Shown here: positions 55,549 through 64,000 of the stretch, piece after piece
How positions within the stretch are numbered: the stretch's first letter is position 1
Layout of the letters: the number at the start of each line of letters is the position of its first letter
Source of the DNA: Candidatus Gottesmanbacteria bacterium UBA6580
GTDB taxonomy: Bacteria; Patescibacteriota; Microgenomatia; UBA10105; UBA927
Assembly: GCA_002433895.1 (NCBI GenBank)
Contig: DJJA01000003.1
Location: 107,185-171,184, forward strand
Length of the DNA stretch: 64,000 nucleotides
Direction: 5' to 3'
Notes under the pieces: model-generated
The model's database searches: none
Told to the model about the DNA's origin: nothing
What the model saw: only the letters and a program-made list of their open reading frames with translations
Program-made: the position numbers and the translations under genes

Positions 55549-57330
55549 ATGACTGATGTTGATGAGATCAAATCAAGACTAAATATTGTTGATATTGTCG
55601 GAGCCCGCGTGCAGCTCAAGAACGCAGGACGGAACTTTAAAGGGCTTTGTCCTTTTCATAGCGAAAAAACTCCGTCGTTTATGGTAAGCCCCGACCGGCA
55701 GACATTTCATTGTTTCGGATGTGGCAAGGGAGGGAGTATTTTTGATTTTATCATGCTTTCAGAGCATGTTGATTTTTCTGAAGCGCTTGAAACGCTTGCT
55801 GAGCGTGCTGGTGTCAAGCTGGAACGCCGGGCAACAGATACTCCAGAGGCAAAAATGAGACAGAAGCTGCTGGAGGTAAATCACCTGGCGAGTGAGTACT
55901 ATCATTTTTTGCTGACAAAGCATCAGGTAGGAGAGAACGCTATGGACTACCTGAAGCATCGCGGTATTTCTGATAAATCGATAAAAACATTTACCTTGGG
56001 ATATAGCCCGAATAATTGGGATGGCCTGTTGGGATTTCTCAAGAAAAAAGGATATGAAGAGCGCGTGCTGGAGACTGCAGGTTTGGTTATCCGGGGTAAC
56101 CGTGGATACTATGACCGGTTCCGGGGTAGGGTCATGTTTACCCTAAAAGATCACCGGGGCAACGTGGTAGGATTTTCGGGAAGGGTACTCGACCCGGCCG
56201 CAAAAGAAGCTAAGTATATAAACACATCAGAAACTCCGGTCTATACAAAGGGCAAAGTGTTGTATGCACTTGATGTCACGAAAGATGCCATCCAAAAAAG
56301 TAATGAAGCAGTACTTATGGAGGGGGAGCTCGATGTCATTTCTTCTTTTCAGGCAGGAATATCCAATGTCGTCGCGATAAAGGGGTCAGCAGTGACGGAA
56401 GACCATGCCAGATTACTCCGCCGTTTTGCTGAACGTCTTGTATTTGCCCTAGATAGCGATCTTGCGGGCGACGCGGCAGCACGAAGAGGTATAGAAATTG
56501 CCGAACGGATAGGATTTGATATGCGGGTCGCGGTGATGCCGTCAGGAAAAGATCCTGATGAAGCCGCCCGGGAAAATCCCGGACTCCTGAAAAAAGCGAT
56601 TAAAGAGGCGGCGCCGATTTATGACTACTTTTTATCATCCGCGCTTTCCCGGTACGATATTTCAAGTTCGTACGGCAAACGGAAAGTATCCGATGAGTTT
56701 ATTCCGGTGCTTATGAAAATGGATAATCCCATTGTGCAGGGACACTATGCCCGAAAGCTCGCGGTAGGATTGGGGTTATCGGAAGAAACAATCCAACAGG
56801 GGATGAGTAAGTATAGAACCGGAAGAGGCGGGCAAACGAGGGAAAAACAGGAACAGCTGGCAGAAAAAAAGATGCTGTCGCTGGTGGAAAAATCCGAAGT
56901 GTATCTTTTGGCGCTGCTGCTGCAGGGCAAAACACATGATTTGTTACCTGTTTGTATGGCTGCTATTCCGGTCAATGAGTTTCATTTTAAGCCGCTCCGT
57001 TTAATTATGGAAAAATTAGAGCTCTTCATGAACGAGCGAAAGACATTTGTGGCGAAAGATTTTGCCGAGACACTGCCAAGCGAGCTTATCCCGACATTTG
57101 ACGAGGCGTTTTTAACCGATGTGTCTGATTTTGTTGAAGATGACGTGCGGTTTAGCCGTGCGTGGGATAAAGCTATCCGCAAAGTCCGTCTTGAACATAT
57201 CAATGTCCGCTTGGAAGAAATTAGCAGGAAACAGCGTGATCCGGATATATCCAACGAAGAACGCGCCGCATATGATCAGGAATTTATGGAGCTGACCCAA
57301 AAACGGGCAGCCATAGAAAAAGGCAAGTAA
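55549..57330 (+). CDS. dnaG: DNA primase
   Basis: CHC2 zinc finger CPFHSEKTPSFMVSPDRQTFHCFGCGKGG; TOPRIM motif AVLMEGELDVIS ... FALDSD; start MTDVDEIKSRLNIVDIV. Confidence 0.9.
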   Translation: MTDVDEIKSRLNIVDIVGARVQLKNAGRNFKGLCPFHSEKTPSFMVSPDRQTFHCFGCGKGGSIFDFIMLSEHVDFSEALETLAERAGVKLERRATDTPEAKMRQKLLEVNHLASEYYHFLLTKHQVGENAMDYLKHRGISDKSIKTFTLGYSPNNWDGLLGFLKKKGYEERVLETAGLVIRGNRGYYDRFRGRVMFTLKDHRGNVVGFSGRVLDPAAKEAKYINTSETPVYTKGKVLYALDVTKDAIQKSNEAVLMEGELDVISSFQAGISNVVAIKGSAVTEDHARLLRRFAERLVFALDSDLAGDAAARRGIEIAERIGFDMRVAVMPSGKDPDEAARENPGLLKKAIKEAAPIYDYFLSSALSRYDISSSYGKRKVSDEFIPVLMKMDNPIVQGHYARKLAVGLGLSEETIQQGMSKYRTGRGGQTREKQEQLAEKKMLSLVEKSEVYLLALLLQGKTHDLLPVCMAAIPVNEFHFKPLRLIMEKLELFMNERKTFVAKDFAETLPSELIPTFDEAFLTDVSDFVEDDVRFSRAWDKAIRKVRLEHINVRLEEISRKQRDPDISNEERAAYDQEFMELTQKRAAIEKGK

Positions 57331-57395
57331 ATACGCTATAATACGTTTAATCGAAGCTTTAATGTTGCGTGCGACATTGGCTTTCGGAGAACACC

Positions 57396-58484
57396 ATGCA
57401 AAAACCGAAATCCGCGGGAACCGCTCCCAATCTTATTAAACAAGGCAAATCAAACGGATTTGTCACGCAGGACGACATTCTGGCACTTTTCCCCAAACCT
57501 GAAGATAAAATTACCGAACTAGACCATCTCTATGACCAGCTTATCCGCGCAGGGGTTGATGTGTTTGAAACCACGAGCGCCGATATTGAACAGGAAGCAA
57601 GAAAAAGTATTGCCGATTTGGAAAAAGAAATAGAGGCGTTAGTGCGGGCAAGTGATGAGGGTATTTCTGATCCCGTGAGGATGTATCTAAAAGAAATCGG
57701 GCGTATTCCCCTCCTTACATTTGCTGACGAGATGAGCCTTGCGAAGCGCTACGAAAAAGGTGACCGGCGGGCAAAAAAGAAACTCATCGAAAGTAATTTG
57801 CGGCTCGTCGTTTCCATCGCGAAAAAATATATCGGTCGCGGTATGAGCTTATTGGATTTGATACAGGAAGGTAATCAGGGGTTAATTAGGGCTGTTGAGA
57901 AATACGATTGGCGCAAGGGATTTAAGTTTTCGACATACGCCACGTGGTGGATCCGGCAGGCGATCACCCGGGCTATTGCCGATCAGGCGAGGACGATCCG
58001 TATTCCGGTGCATATGGTTGAGACAATCAACCGGTTTGCGCGCATAAGCCGCAGGCTCATGCAGGATTTGGGCCGTGAGCCCACACCCGAAGAAATCGCA
58101 AAGGCAATGGAAGTAGATGTGGTGAAAGTCCGCGAGATCATGAAAGTTTCACAAGAACCCACCAGTCTGGAAACCCCAGTGGGTGATGAAGAAGATTCTC
58201 ATTTAGGAGACTTTATATCAGATCCCGGCCCGACGCCGTATGATCAGACATCCCGCCAGTTGCTGAAAGAACACATGGAAGAGGTGCTGGCCACGCTGTC
58301 GGACCGCGAAAAGAAAGTATTAATTCTCCGGTTTGGATTGGAAGACGGTCGACCCCGCACCCTCGAAGAAGTCGGCGCGCAGTTTGGAGTCACCCGTGAG
58401 CGCATCCGGCAGATCGAGGCCAAAGCCTTACGGAAATTGCGTCATCCATCGCGCAGCAAAAAACTCAAAGATTACCTCGAGTAA
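57396..58484 (+). CDS. rpoD: RNA polymerase sigma factor RpoD (sigma-70/SigA)
   Basis: Region 2 [51 protein letters not shown]; region 4 [30 protein letters not shown]; ATG at 57396 preceded by GGAGA. Confidence 0.9.
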   Translation: MQKPKSAGTAPNLIKQGKSNGFVTQDDILALFPKPEDKITELDHLYDQLIRAGVDVFETTSADIEQEARKSIADLEKEIEALVRASDEGISDPVRMYLKEIGRIPLLTFADEMSLAKRYEKGDRRAKKKLIESNLRLVVSIAKKYIGRGMSLLDLIQEGNQGLIRAVEKYDWRKGFKFSTYATWWIRQAITRAIADQARTIRIPVHMVETINRFARISRRLMQDLGREPTPEEIAKAMEVDVVKVREIMKVSQEPTSLETPVGDEEDSHLGDFISDPGPTPYDQTSRQLLKEHMEEVLATLSDREKKVLILRFGLEDGRPRTLEEVGAQFGVTRERIRQIEAKALRKLRHPSRSKKLKDYLE

Positions 58485-58514
58485 CACAGCAGAGATATTT
58501 TCCCGGAGAATAAG

Positions 58515-60350
58515 TTATATTGTGGATGCGCCTCTGGCGGAACGGACCCGGTTCACTTTTGAAAGATGAATTTTTCTAAGCCGTAGTGAAAGGGGAGTGA
58601 TTTCCAAAAGTTCATCATCCTCGATAAAATCAAGCGCTTGCTCTAGGCTCATTTGTAGTGGGGGATCAAGTTGGATAGCAATATCTGCGTTTGCAGAGTG
58701 GATGTTGGTAAGCCGTTTGGATTTGCATACGTTGATATCGATATCTTCACTTCTGTTATTTATTCCGATAATCATACCTTCATAGACCGGCACGCCCGGA
58801 CCGATTAATGCCTTTCCCCGTTCTTGGACAGTAGTTAACGCGTAGCCGGTGGATTTCCCGCTTTCGATTGCGATAAGTACACCATTTCTTGCTTTTGCTT
58901 TTTTCGGTGTAATAGGGAAATAGCCGATGATACGGGTGGCGATAATACCGCTGCCGCGGGTTTTCGTCATGATATCTCCTCTAAACCCAAGGAGATTTCT
59001 GGTTGAAATTTTATAGACCATTTTTGTTACGCCGCGTTCGTTGGTGTGAGTGTCGAGCATTTCACCGTGACGTTTTCCCATTTCTTCGGTGATTATACCG
59101 ACGAGCGAGCCATCGAGTTCTATCGTAAGCTCTTCGTACGGCTCATGGATAACACCATCTATTTCTTTAACGATGACTTCGGGCTTGCCAACCTGGCACT
59201 CAAATCCCTCACGCCGCATTGTTTCAAGAAGGACGGCAATATGCAGCTCTCCCCGGCCGGAAACAAGGAATCCGTTACTTGTCTGGCTCGGTTCAATTTT
59301 CAGTCCGACATTTGTTTCGATTTCGCGGGTAAGTCTGTCAGCTAGTTGAGTGGGCGTGCCAAATTTTGATTCCTTACCGGCAAATGGGGAAGTGTTCGGA
59401 CCGACCAGCACTTTAAGGGTAGGTTCCTCGATTGACATTTTCGGAAATCCGGTAGGGTCTACGGGGTCAGATAATGTCTGTCCTATAGACACATCACCAT
59501 TTCCGGTAATCGCGATGATGTCACCTGTTTCGCCTACGGAAGCAGGTACCCGGTTGAGACCGACACTCGTAAACACTTCATCTACCCGGAGTGTTCCGCG
59601 TGATTCATTTTCGTCTAAGATCAGGAGGGAGTCACCTTTTTTCACTTTACCCTGGGACACCTTGCCTATGGCAAATTTTCCTTTGTGTGTATCAAAATCA
59701 AGCGTCGTGACAAGCATTTTAAATGGCTTTTCGCCGTCTCCGGCGGGCGCGGGAATATGCTTGATGATTGCTTCAAATAACGGTTCGAGTGTGGCGTGCT
59801 CCTCCGCATGCTCGGGGAATGTTGCCCACGCTTTTTCTTCGCGGCCAATGGCGTACAGCACCGGGAAATTAAGGTGGCCTTCATGGTGGGCAAGATGCAG
59901 GAACAACTCTTCAACTTCGTGAAGAACTTCCTGAGGTCTTGCGTCTTTGCGGTCAATTTTATTTATTACCACAATGACGGTCAGGTTGTGTTCCAATGCT
60001 TTTTGGAGAACAAAATGAGTTTGCGGCAACGGGCCTTCTGCAGCATCAACAATAAGGAGTGCTCCGTCAGCCATATTTATGACGCGCTCGACTTCACCTG
60101 AAAAATCGGAGTGTCCCGGGGTGTCGATAATGTTAATTTTGGTGGTTTTGTAGTGAACCGATGTATTTTTGGCAAGTATAGTAATACCCTTTTCCCGTTC
60201 CAGATCGTTACTATCGAGGATAGTGCTCGCCGTCATTTCCGCCTGGTTTTCTCTGAACGTGTGGGTTTGTTTCAGCATGCCGTCCACGAGCGTAGTTTTT
60301 CCGTGATCCACGTGGGCAATAATCGCGATATTTCGGATATCCTGTTTCAT
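58515..60350 (-). CDS. typA: translational GTPase TypA/BipA
   Basis: [19 protein letters not shown] (G1), [19 protein letters not shown] (G3), NKIDR (G4), and the BipA-specific C-terminal domain; start MKQDIRN at 60350. Confidence 0.9.
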   Translation of the reverse strand: MKQDIRNIAIIAHVDHGKTTLVDGMLKQTHTFRENQAEMTASTILDSNDLEREKGITILAKNTSVHYKTTKINIIDTPGHSDFSGEVERVINMADGALLIVDAAEGPLPQTHFVLQKALEHNLTVIVVINKIDRKDARPQEVLHEVEELFLHLAHHEGHLNFPVLYAIGREEKAWATFPEHAEEHATLEPLFEAIIKHIPAPAGDGEKPFKMLVTTLDFDTHKGKFAIGKVSQGKVKKGDSLLILDENESRGTLRVDEVFTSVGLNRVPASVGETGDIIAITGNGDVSIGQTLSDPVDPTGFPKMSIEEPTLKVLVGPNTSPFAGKESKFGTPTQLADRLTREIETNVGLKIEPSQTSNGFLVSGRGELHIAVLLETMRREGFECQVGKPEVIVKEIDGVIHEPYEELTIELDGSLVGIITEEMGKRHGEMLDTHTNERGVTKMVYKISTRNLLGFRGDIMTKTRGSGIIATRIIGYFPITPKKAKARNGVLIAIESGKSTGYALTTVQERGKALIGPGVPVYEGMIIGINNRSEDIDINVCKSKRLTNIHSANADIAIQLDPPLQMSLEQALDFIEDDELLEITPLSLRLRKIHLSKVNRVRSARGASTI

Positions 60351-60448
60351 AAATGGAGTTCGAAAACGGGGTGACGGGCACGAACACACGAGGCATCCAC
60401 CTGAGACACGGCCATTGACGATACGCGCTAGTATACCAGAAATTGGGG

Positions 60449-61279
60449 TTAGTCCGCAACTTCGCGCGCCTGGGTTTTTTCTTTACGTACGAATACCCAC
60501 CAGCTCATAAAGGCGATATAGCTACCATAGATAGCGAGCTGTGTAATGTCCATCGTGTGGCTTATTCCGAAAATAGCTTTTATCATGTCCCCAGCGATGG
60601 TAGCTTTTGCCGGAAGAAAAGCGAGCGTTACAGTGGTTAGCTCAGGAATCACACCGGCTTCGGCAAATTCATGCACACCACGCGCAAACAAACCGGCGGC
60701 AAAGAATATAAGCAGTATGCTCGTTGTCCTGAAAGCGAGTAGGATGGGGAGCCGAATGGTAGCGGCAAATAGCCCCGCAGAAATGAATAGTCCGCCGACA
60801 AGTCCGCCGGCAAACCCAGTGAATATTTCTTGAGGATTAGCGGAGAAGAAAATAGTTGAGAGAAAAAGTACAATTTCAAAACCCTCCCGGAACACAGCGG
60901 TGAATGCGAGCCAAAATAGGCCTTTTTGTTCTTCCTGTTTTATCGTTTCACTAATTTTGACGATGAGCCGGGTTTTGTAGCCTGCAAAATATTTATGTAG
61001 GAAAAACACCGCCCAGGTGATAAATACCGCTGAAGTTACCATAAAAATACCCTCGATAAATTCTTCTATTTTTCCGGAATACAGTTCCTGAATTTTAATT
61101 CCGAAAACGCTTCCTAATCCAAGTAATCCGACACTACACACCGCAGCAAACATGGTCGCTAACCAAACGGTACGGACGCTTTTTTGCTGATTGAGCTTGA
61201 TAAGAATACCAAGTATCGTAGCAACGATAAGCGACGCCTCAATAACTTCCCGCAAAGTGATAAGAAACGCAGCAATCAT
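60449..61279 (-). CDS. FTR1/EfeU-family high-affinity iron permease
   Basis: Two RExxE motifs in TM1 and TM4 (REVIEAS, REGFEIV); 7 TM helices. Confidence 0.75.
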   Translation of the reverse strand: MIAAFLITLREVIEASLIVATILGILIKLNQQKSVRTVWLATMFAAVCSVGLLGLGSVFGIKIQELYSGKIEEFIEGIFMVTSAVFITWAVFFLHKYFAGYKTRLIVKISETIKQEEQKGLFWLAFTAVFREGFEIVLFLSTIFFSANPQEIFTGFAGGLVGGLFISAGLFAATIRLPILLAFRTTSILLIFFAAGLFARGVHEFAEAGVIPELTTVTLAFLPAKATIAGDMIKAIFGISHTMDITQLAIYGSYIAFMSWWVFVRKEKTQAREVAD

Positions 61280-61444
61280 ATTTCCTCTCTTTTTTGCATA
61301 AAAAAACGACCCCTTAGGTGCAAGGCCGTTATGGTTTTTGATCGAGGACGGGAGCGATCCCCGTTGTATGTGCTCCCTTTACGAGAAAAACAGTGAACTC
61401 ATGTAATGTACATTACTAAATAATGGTACGCGGCGCAAGTGGTT

Positions 61445-61789
61445 TTATATCTGAGTTCTGACCGTGAGGAACACGAGGCTTTCATCATCGGTATTTTTGA
61501 CGCTATGTGCATGAGAAGGGGGAACGGTGACGAAATCACCGGCGGTTACGTCAAACCAATCATTGCCGACAAGCATCTGCCCTTTTCCTTCCAGAAAGAA
61601 ATAAAACTCTTCCCCGTCAGCGTGTTCGTGTGGGGTGAGTTGCCTACCCGGTTCGAGCCACGCATAGTTCATTGTCGCTACATTGCCCTGATGGTGTCCA
61701 TGCGGCGGGACAAGGCGTTTCACTTGCGTTGTTCCCTCATGGGTGGTTTCTGTTGGGATGGTATCAATATTTTTAATAGGATGAGTCAT
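61445..61789 (-). CDS. cupin-domain protein
   Basis: 114 aa; HEHADGEEFYFFLEGKG ... GDFVTVPPSHAHSV (cupin motifs 1 and 2 with His ligands). Confidence 0.6.
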   Translation of the reverse strand: MTHPIKNIDTIPTETTHEGTTQVKRLVPPHGHHQGNVATMNYAWLEPGRQLTPHEHADGEEFYFFLEGKGQMLVGNDWFDVTAGDFVTVPPSHAHSVKNTDDESLVFLTVRTQI

Positions 61790-61975
61790 ATAGACTGCCG
61801 CTATCGCGTTATGCGTGAAAGCGGATATTGCCTTACCGTTATAATTATTTACGGTAATTATGTTTTGTATATATGCGCGTATTATATCCTATCCCGCCTA
61901 AGGCTATGCAGCGGTTTGGATACATATACGTATTGCTTGCTGCGGAGCGATCATATTCATAGAATGAGATAACAC

Positions 61976-63466
61976 ATGTTTAATAATTTCCTGCGATACG
62001 CTTGTTTATTTATTATTACCGCGGTTGTCGCAGGGTTCATCATTGTAGGGCAAAAAGAGCACCGTATAGAGTGTAAAAAATGTAACGTTATATTTATTTC
62101 ACTCGATCAGGTCCGTGCAAAAAGCCTGCCGTGTTTTGGATATACAAAAGATACGATGCCTAATCTTTGCCGGTTTGCGGCGAACTCAAGAATTTTTTCC
62201 CGTGCCTATGCTACCGCGGCCCGTACGATGGATAGCCATTTTTCTATGATGACCTCTCTGTATCCGAGCGCCCATACGATGAATCTACCTTACAGTAGTG
62301 TGTTGCCAAACGATATTCCGACCCTCGCGCAACTCATGAAGGAAGGGGGATACCGGACGTATTTTTTGGGACCAACCACCGATCCCCATTTACCGCTTAC
62401 CCATGGGATGGAGCGGGGATTTGACGAGATTTTTGAGGCGGATGAGCCCCGTATATGGACAGAAACGCTTGACGTGGTCGCAACATTATCCGGCCGGTTG
62501 GACAAGCCATCTTTCTTTTTTATGCACACTTATCTCGCGCACGAGCCATATATGCCGGCAAACGAACATGTGCGGTTGTTTCATGACGGACCCGACAGAA
62601 AGCGAATGACGTTTGAGGACTTATGCAGGTTTACCTACCTTAAACTGAGATCGCTGCATCCGGATGCTGTTTTCCGGTTAACCGGAGACGCTTACGCATA
62701 TTGCGAACGTCTTGATTCGTATCAGAGCGCATCCCAATCGTACGAAATATTTGATGATGGCTATACGATTTTTAACGACGAGTATTGGCGGCAATTTGAC
62801 GAGTTGCCACAAGCGGAAAAGGGTGAATACACCCACGCGTTATATGCCGCAACACTTTTTGAGCTGGATATTCAACTTGGAGAATTTTTCGAAGGCCTGA
62901 AACAGAAAGGAATGCTGGAAAATACTGTCATAGTAATTGTGGGAGATCAGGGTGATGAATTTTTTGAACATGGCGCTTACTCACACGGATGGTCATTATA
63001 TAACGAGGTATTGCGCGTTCCGTTTATTGTGTATGTCCCGGGATATCCGTCCGGCCGGTCAGACAAACTGGTCTCGCTTGTCGATGTCATGCCCACTATT
63101 TTGGGCATTACCGGGAAAAAAATACCGGCAAATATTTCAGGCTTCGATGTGTTTTCCGGGCGAACTCATCCTTTGGTTATCGCCGAGCACCTCAATGGTG
63201 GGCCATTAAGTGTACGGACAGACCGGCATAGCCTCATGGTGTACGACACCGATCTGGAAACAGAAATCGAGTTATACGATATAAATGTTGATCCTGATGA
63301 ACGAACGAATATCGCGGAGGGAAACCGGTCACTCGTGCAACGCTTACTGAAAGCGTATAAGAAATTAAAGTCAGCATTTCCTGAATATTCGCGCGCGTCG
63401 TATCCGCTACCCACCTGGATTAACGAACAGGACCGGCAAAAGCTTATTGAGAGCGGATATTTTTAG
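61976..63466 (+). CDS. sulfatase-family hydrolase/transferase, membrane-anchored, Thr at nucleophile position (paralog of 44314-45981)
   Basis: N-terminal TM; CNVIFISLDQVRAKSLPCFGY; TAARTMDSHFSMMTSLYP aligns to the sulfatase signature with T for C/S and H for R; IVIVGDQGDEFFEHGAYSHG. Confidence 0.7.
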   Translation: MFNNFLRYACLFIITAVVAGFIIVGQKEHRIECKKCNVIFISLDQVRAKSLPCFGYTKDTMPNLCRFAANSRIFSRAYATAARTMDSHFSMMTSLYPSAHTMNLPYSSVLPNDIPTLAQLMKEGGYRTYFLGPTTDPHLPLTHGMERGFDEIFEADEPRIWTETLDVVATLSGRLDKPSFFFMHTYLAHEPYMPANEHVRLFHDGPDRKRMTFEDLCRFTYLKLRSLHPDAVFRLTGDAYAYCERLDSYQSASQSYEIFDDGYTIFNDEYWRQFDELPQAEKGEYTHALYAATLFELDIQLGEFFEGLKQKGMLENTVIVIVGDQGDEFFEHGAYSHGWSLYNEVLRVPFIVYVPGYPSGRSDKLVSLVDVMPTILGITGKKIPANISGFDVFSGRTHPLVIAEHLNGGPLSVRTDRHSLMVYDTDLETEIELYDINVDPDERTNIAEGNRSLVQRLLKAYKKLKSAFPEYSRASYPLPTWINEQDRQKLIESGYF

Positions 63467-64000
63467 CGCTGCCACGAAGGGTACTGTAGCGGGATATCGT
63501 CAGGTGATACGACAGGTGTTCCCTGAAAAAGTAATGCAGTTGCGTTTTTGATAAGTGTATTCCCCAAAATAATAAGTGATTGCGGTGATGCTGGATCGAT
63601 TGACAACGCAGTTTCGTTTTGGGTAAGCGTGTTACGGGCGATAACGGAGTTGTTATGGCGGCTAGCATGCGCAGCGGGATCTGTGTCGGCATCTCCAGCG
63701 CCGCTTTCCAGCGCAATACCCACAAGAGAGTTTGCCGCGGTGTTTGCGTAAAAGATATTATCGGTTGCAGGCATTTGGCGGGTAAATGCAAGGAACGCAG
63801 AACCCGTATTGTTTATCGACTGGTTGTGAACGACTTTTATACCGCTGGCGTTACTGATAAACACGCCCATACCAAAACCATTGCGTTTGTCCCGCGCCTC
63901 GACACAATAGGACCAGCCTTGAGTATCCCGGAGCGTATTATTTTTAATAAATGTATCTGAAAACTGCCCTCCGAATATTTTTAGTGCTGCACATCCAGAT
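63463..64000 (-). CDS. right-handed parallel beta-helix repeat protein (NosD/pectate-lyase-like), 5' end beyond the window
   Basis: C-terminal 135 aa show repeated N-x-[ILV]-x-x-N-x-x beta-helix rungs (NNSVIARNTLTQNETALSI, LGNTLIKNATALLF); the ORF continues past the window edge. Confidence 0.4.
   Translation of the reverse strand, partial: SGCAALKIFGGQFSDTFIKNNTLRDTQGWSYCVEARDKRNGFGMGVFISNASGIKVVHNQSINNTGSAFLAFTRQMPATDNIFYANTAANSLVGIALESGAGDADTDPAAHASRHNNSVIARNTLTQNETALSIDPASPQSLIILGNTLIKNATALLFQGTPVVSPDDIPLQYPSWQR

Noticed and set aside
59350-59922. 190-aa plus-strand ORF
   Set aside because: Antisense within typA, whose conserved GTPase motifs occupy the other strand.
1-64000. Possible UGA recoding (as in some CPR lineages)
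   Set aside because: TGA terminates dnaA (7281-7283) and several operon genes at sensible lengths with ATGA start/stop coupling, so the standard code 11 applies.
1-64000. CRISPR arrays or other tandem repeats
   Set aside because: No regularly spaced direct repeats detected by eye. The only notable short repeats are the DnaA boxes and the 14-bp palindrome reported above.

Overview
Chromosomal origin region of a small-genome bacterium with standard genetic code (TGA stops dnaA and several other genes). Gene content resembles Candidate Phyla Radiation / Patescibacteria; this is inferred from gene content only, since no rRNA or ribosomal proteins lie in the window. Layout: (1) surface-polysaccharide genes (ABC-2 permease, GT4 glycosyltransferase, methyltransferase, O-antigen-ligase-like); (2) dnaA, an oriC with clustered TTATCCACA boxes, then dnaN; (3) a Gram-positive-style type IV secretion / conjugation-like locus (PrgI-like, VirB4, M23 cell-wall hydrolase, soluble TraG/VirD4-like ATPase, VirB6-like) with six tandem paralogous T4SS-pilin genes and two more pilin genes further on; (4) an ECF sigma / putative anti-sigma pair; (5) a translationally coupled mevalonate-pathway operon with archaeal-type architecture (HMG-CoA reductase, HMG-CoA synthase, thiolase, DUF35 OB-fold partner, two GHMP kinases, diphosphomevalonate decarboxylase) ending in uppS; (6) smpB followed by an unannotated tmRNA that runs through several spurious ORFs; (7) comF and a thiamine pyrophosphokinase; (8) a tRNA-rich region with five Ser-type tRNAs (one with an odd ACU anticodon) and two Arg tRNAs; tandem nucleoside-deoxyribosyltransferase-like paralogs; two sulfatase-family paralogs with Thr at the nucleophile position; GT-C glycosyltransferases; (9) housekeeping genes dnaG, rpoD, typA, an FTR1 iron permease and a cupin. 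No CRISPR array, transposase or integrase is evident.
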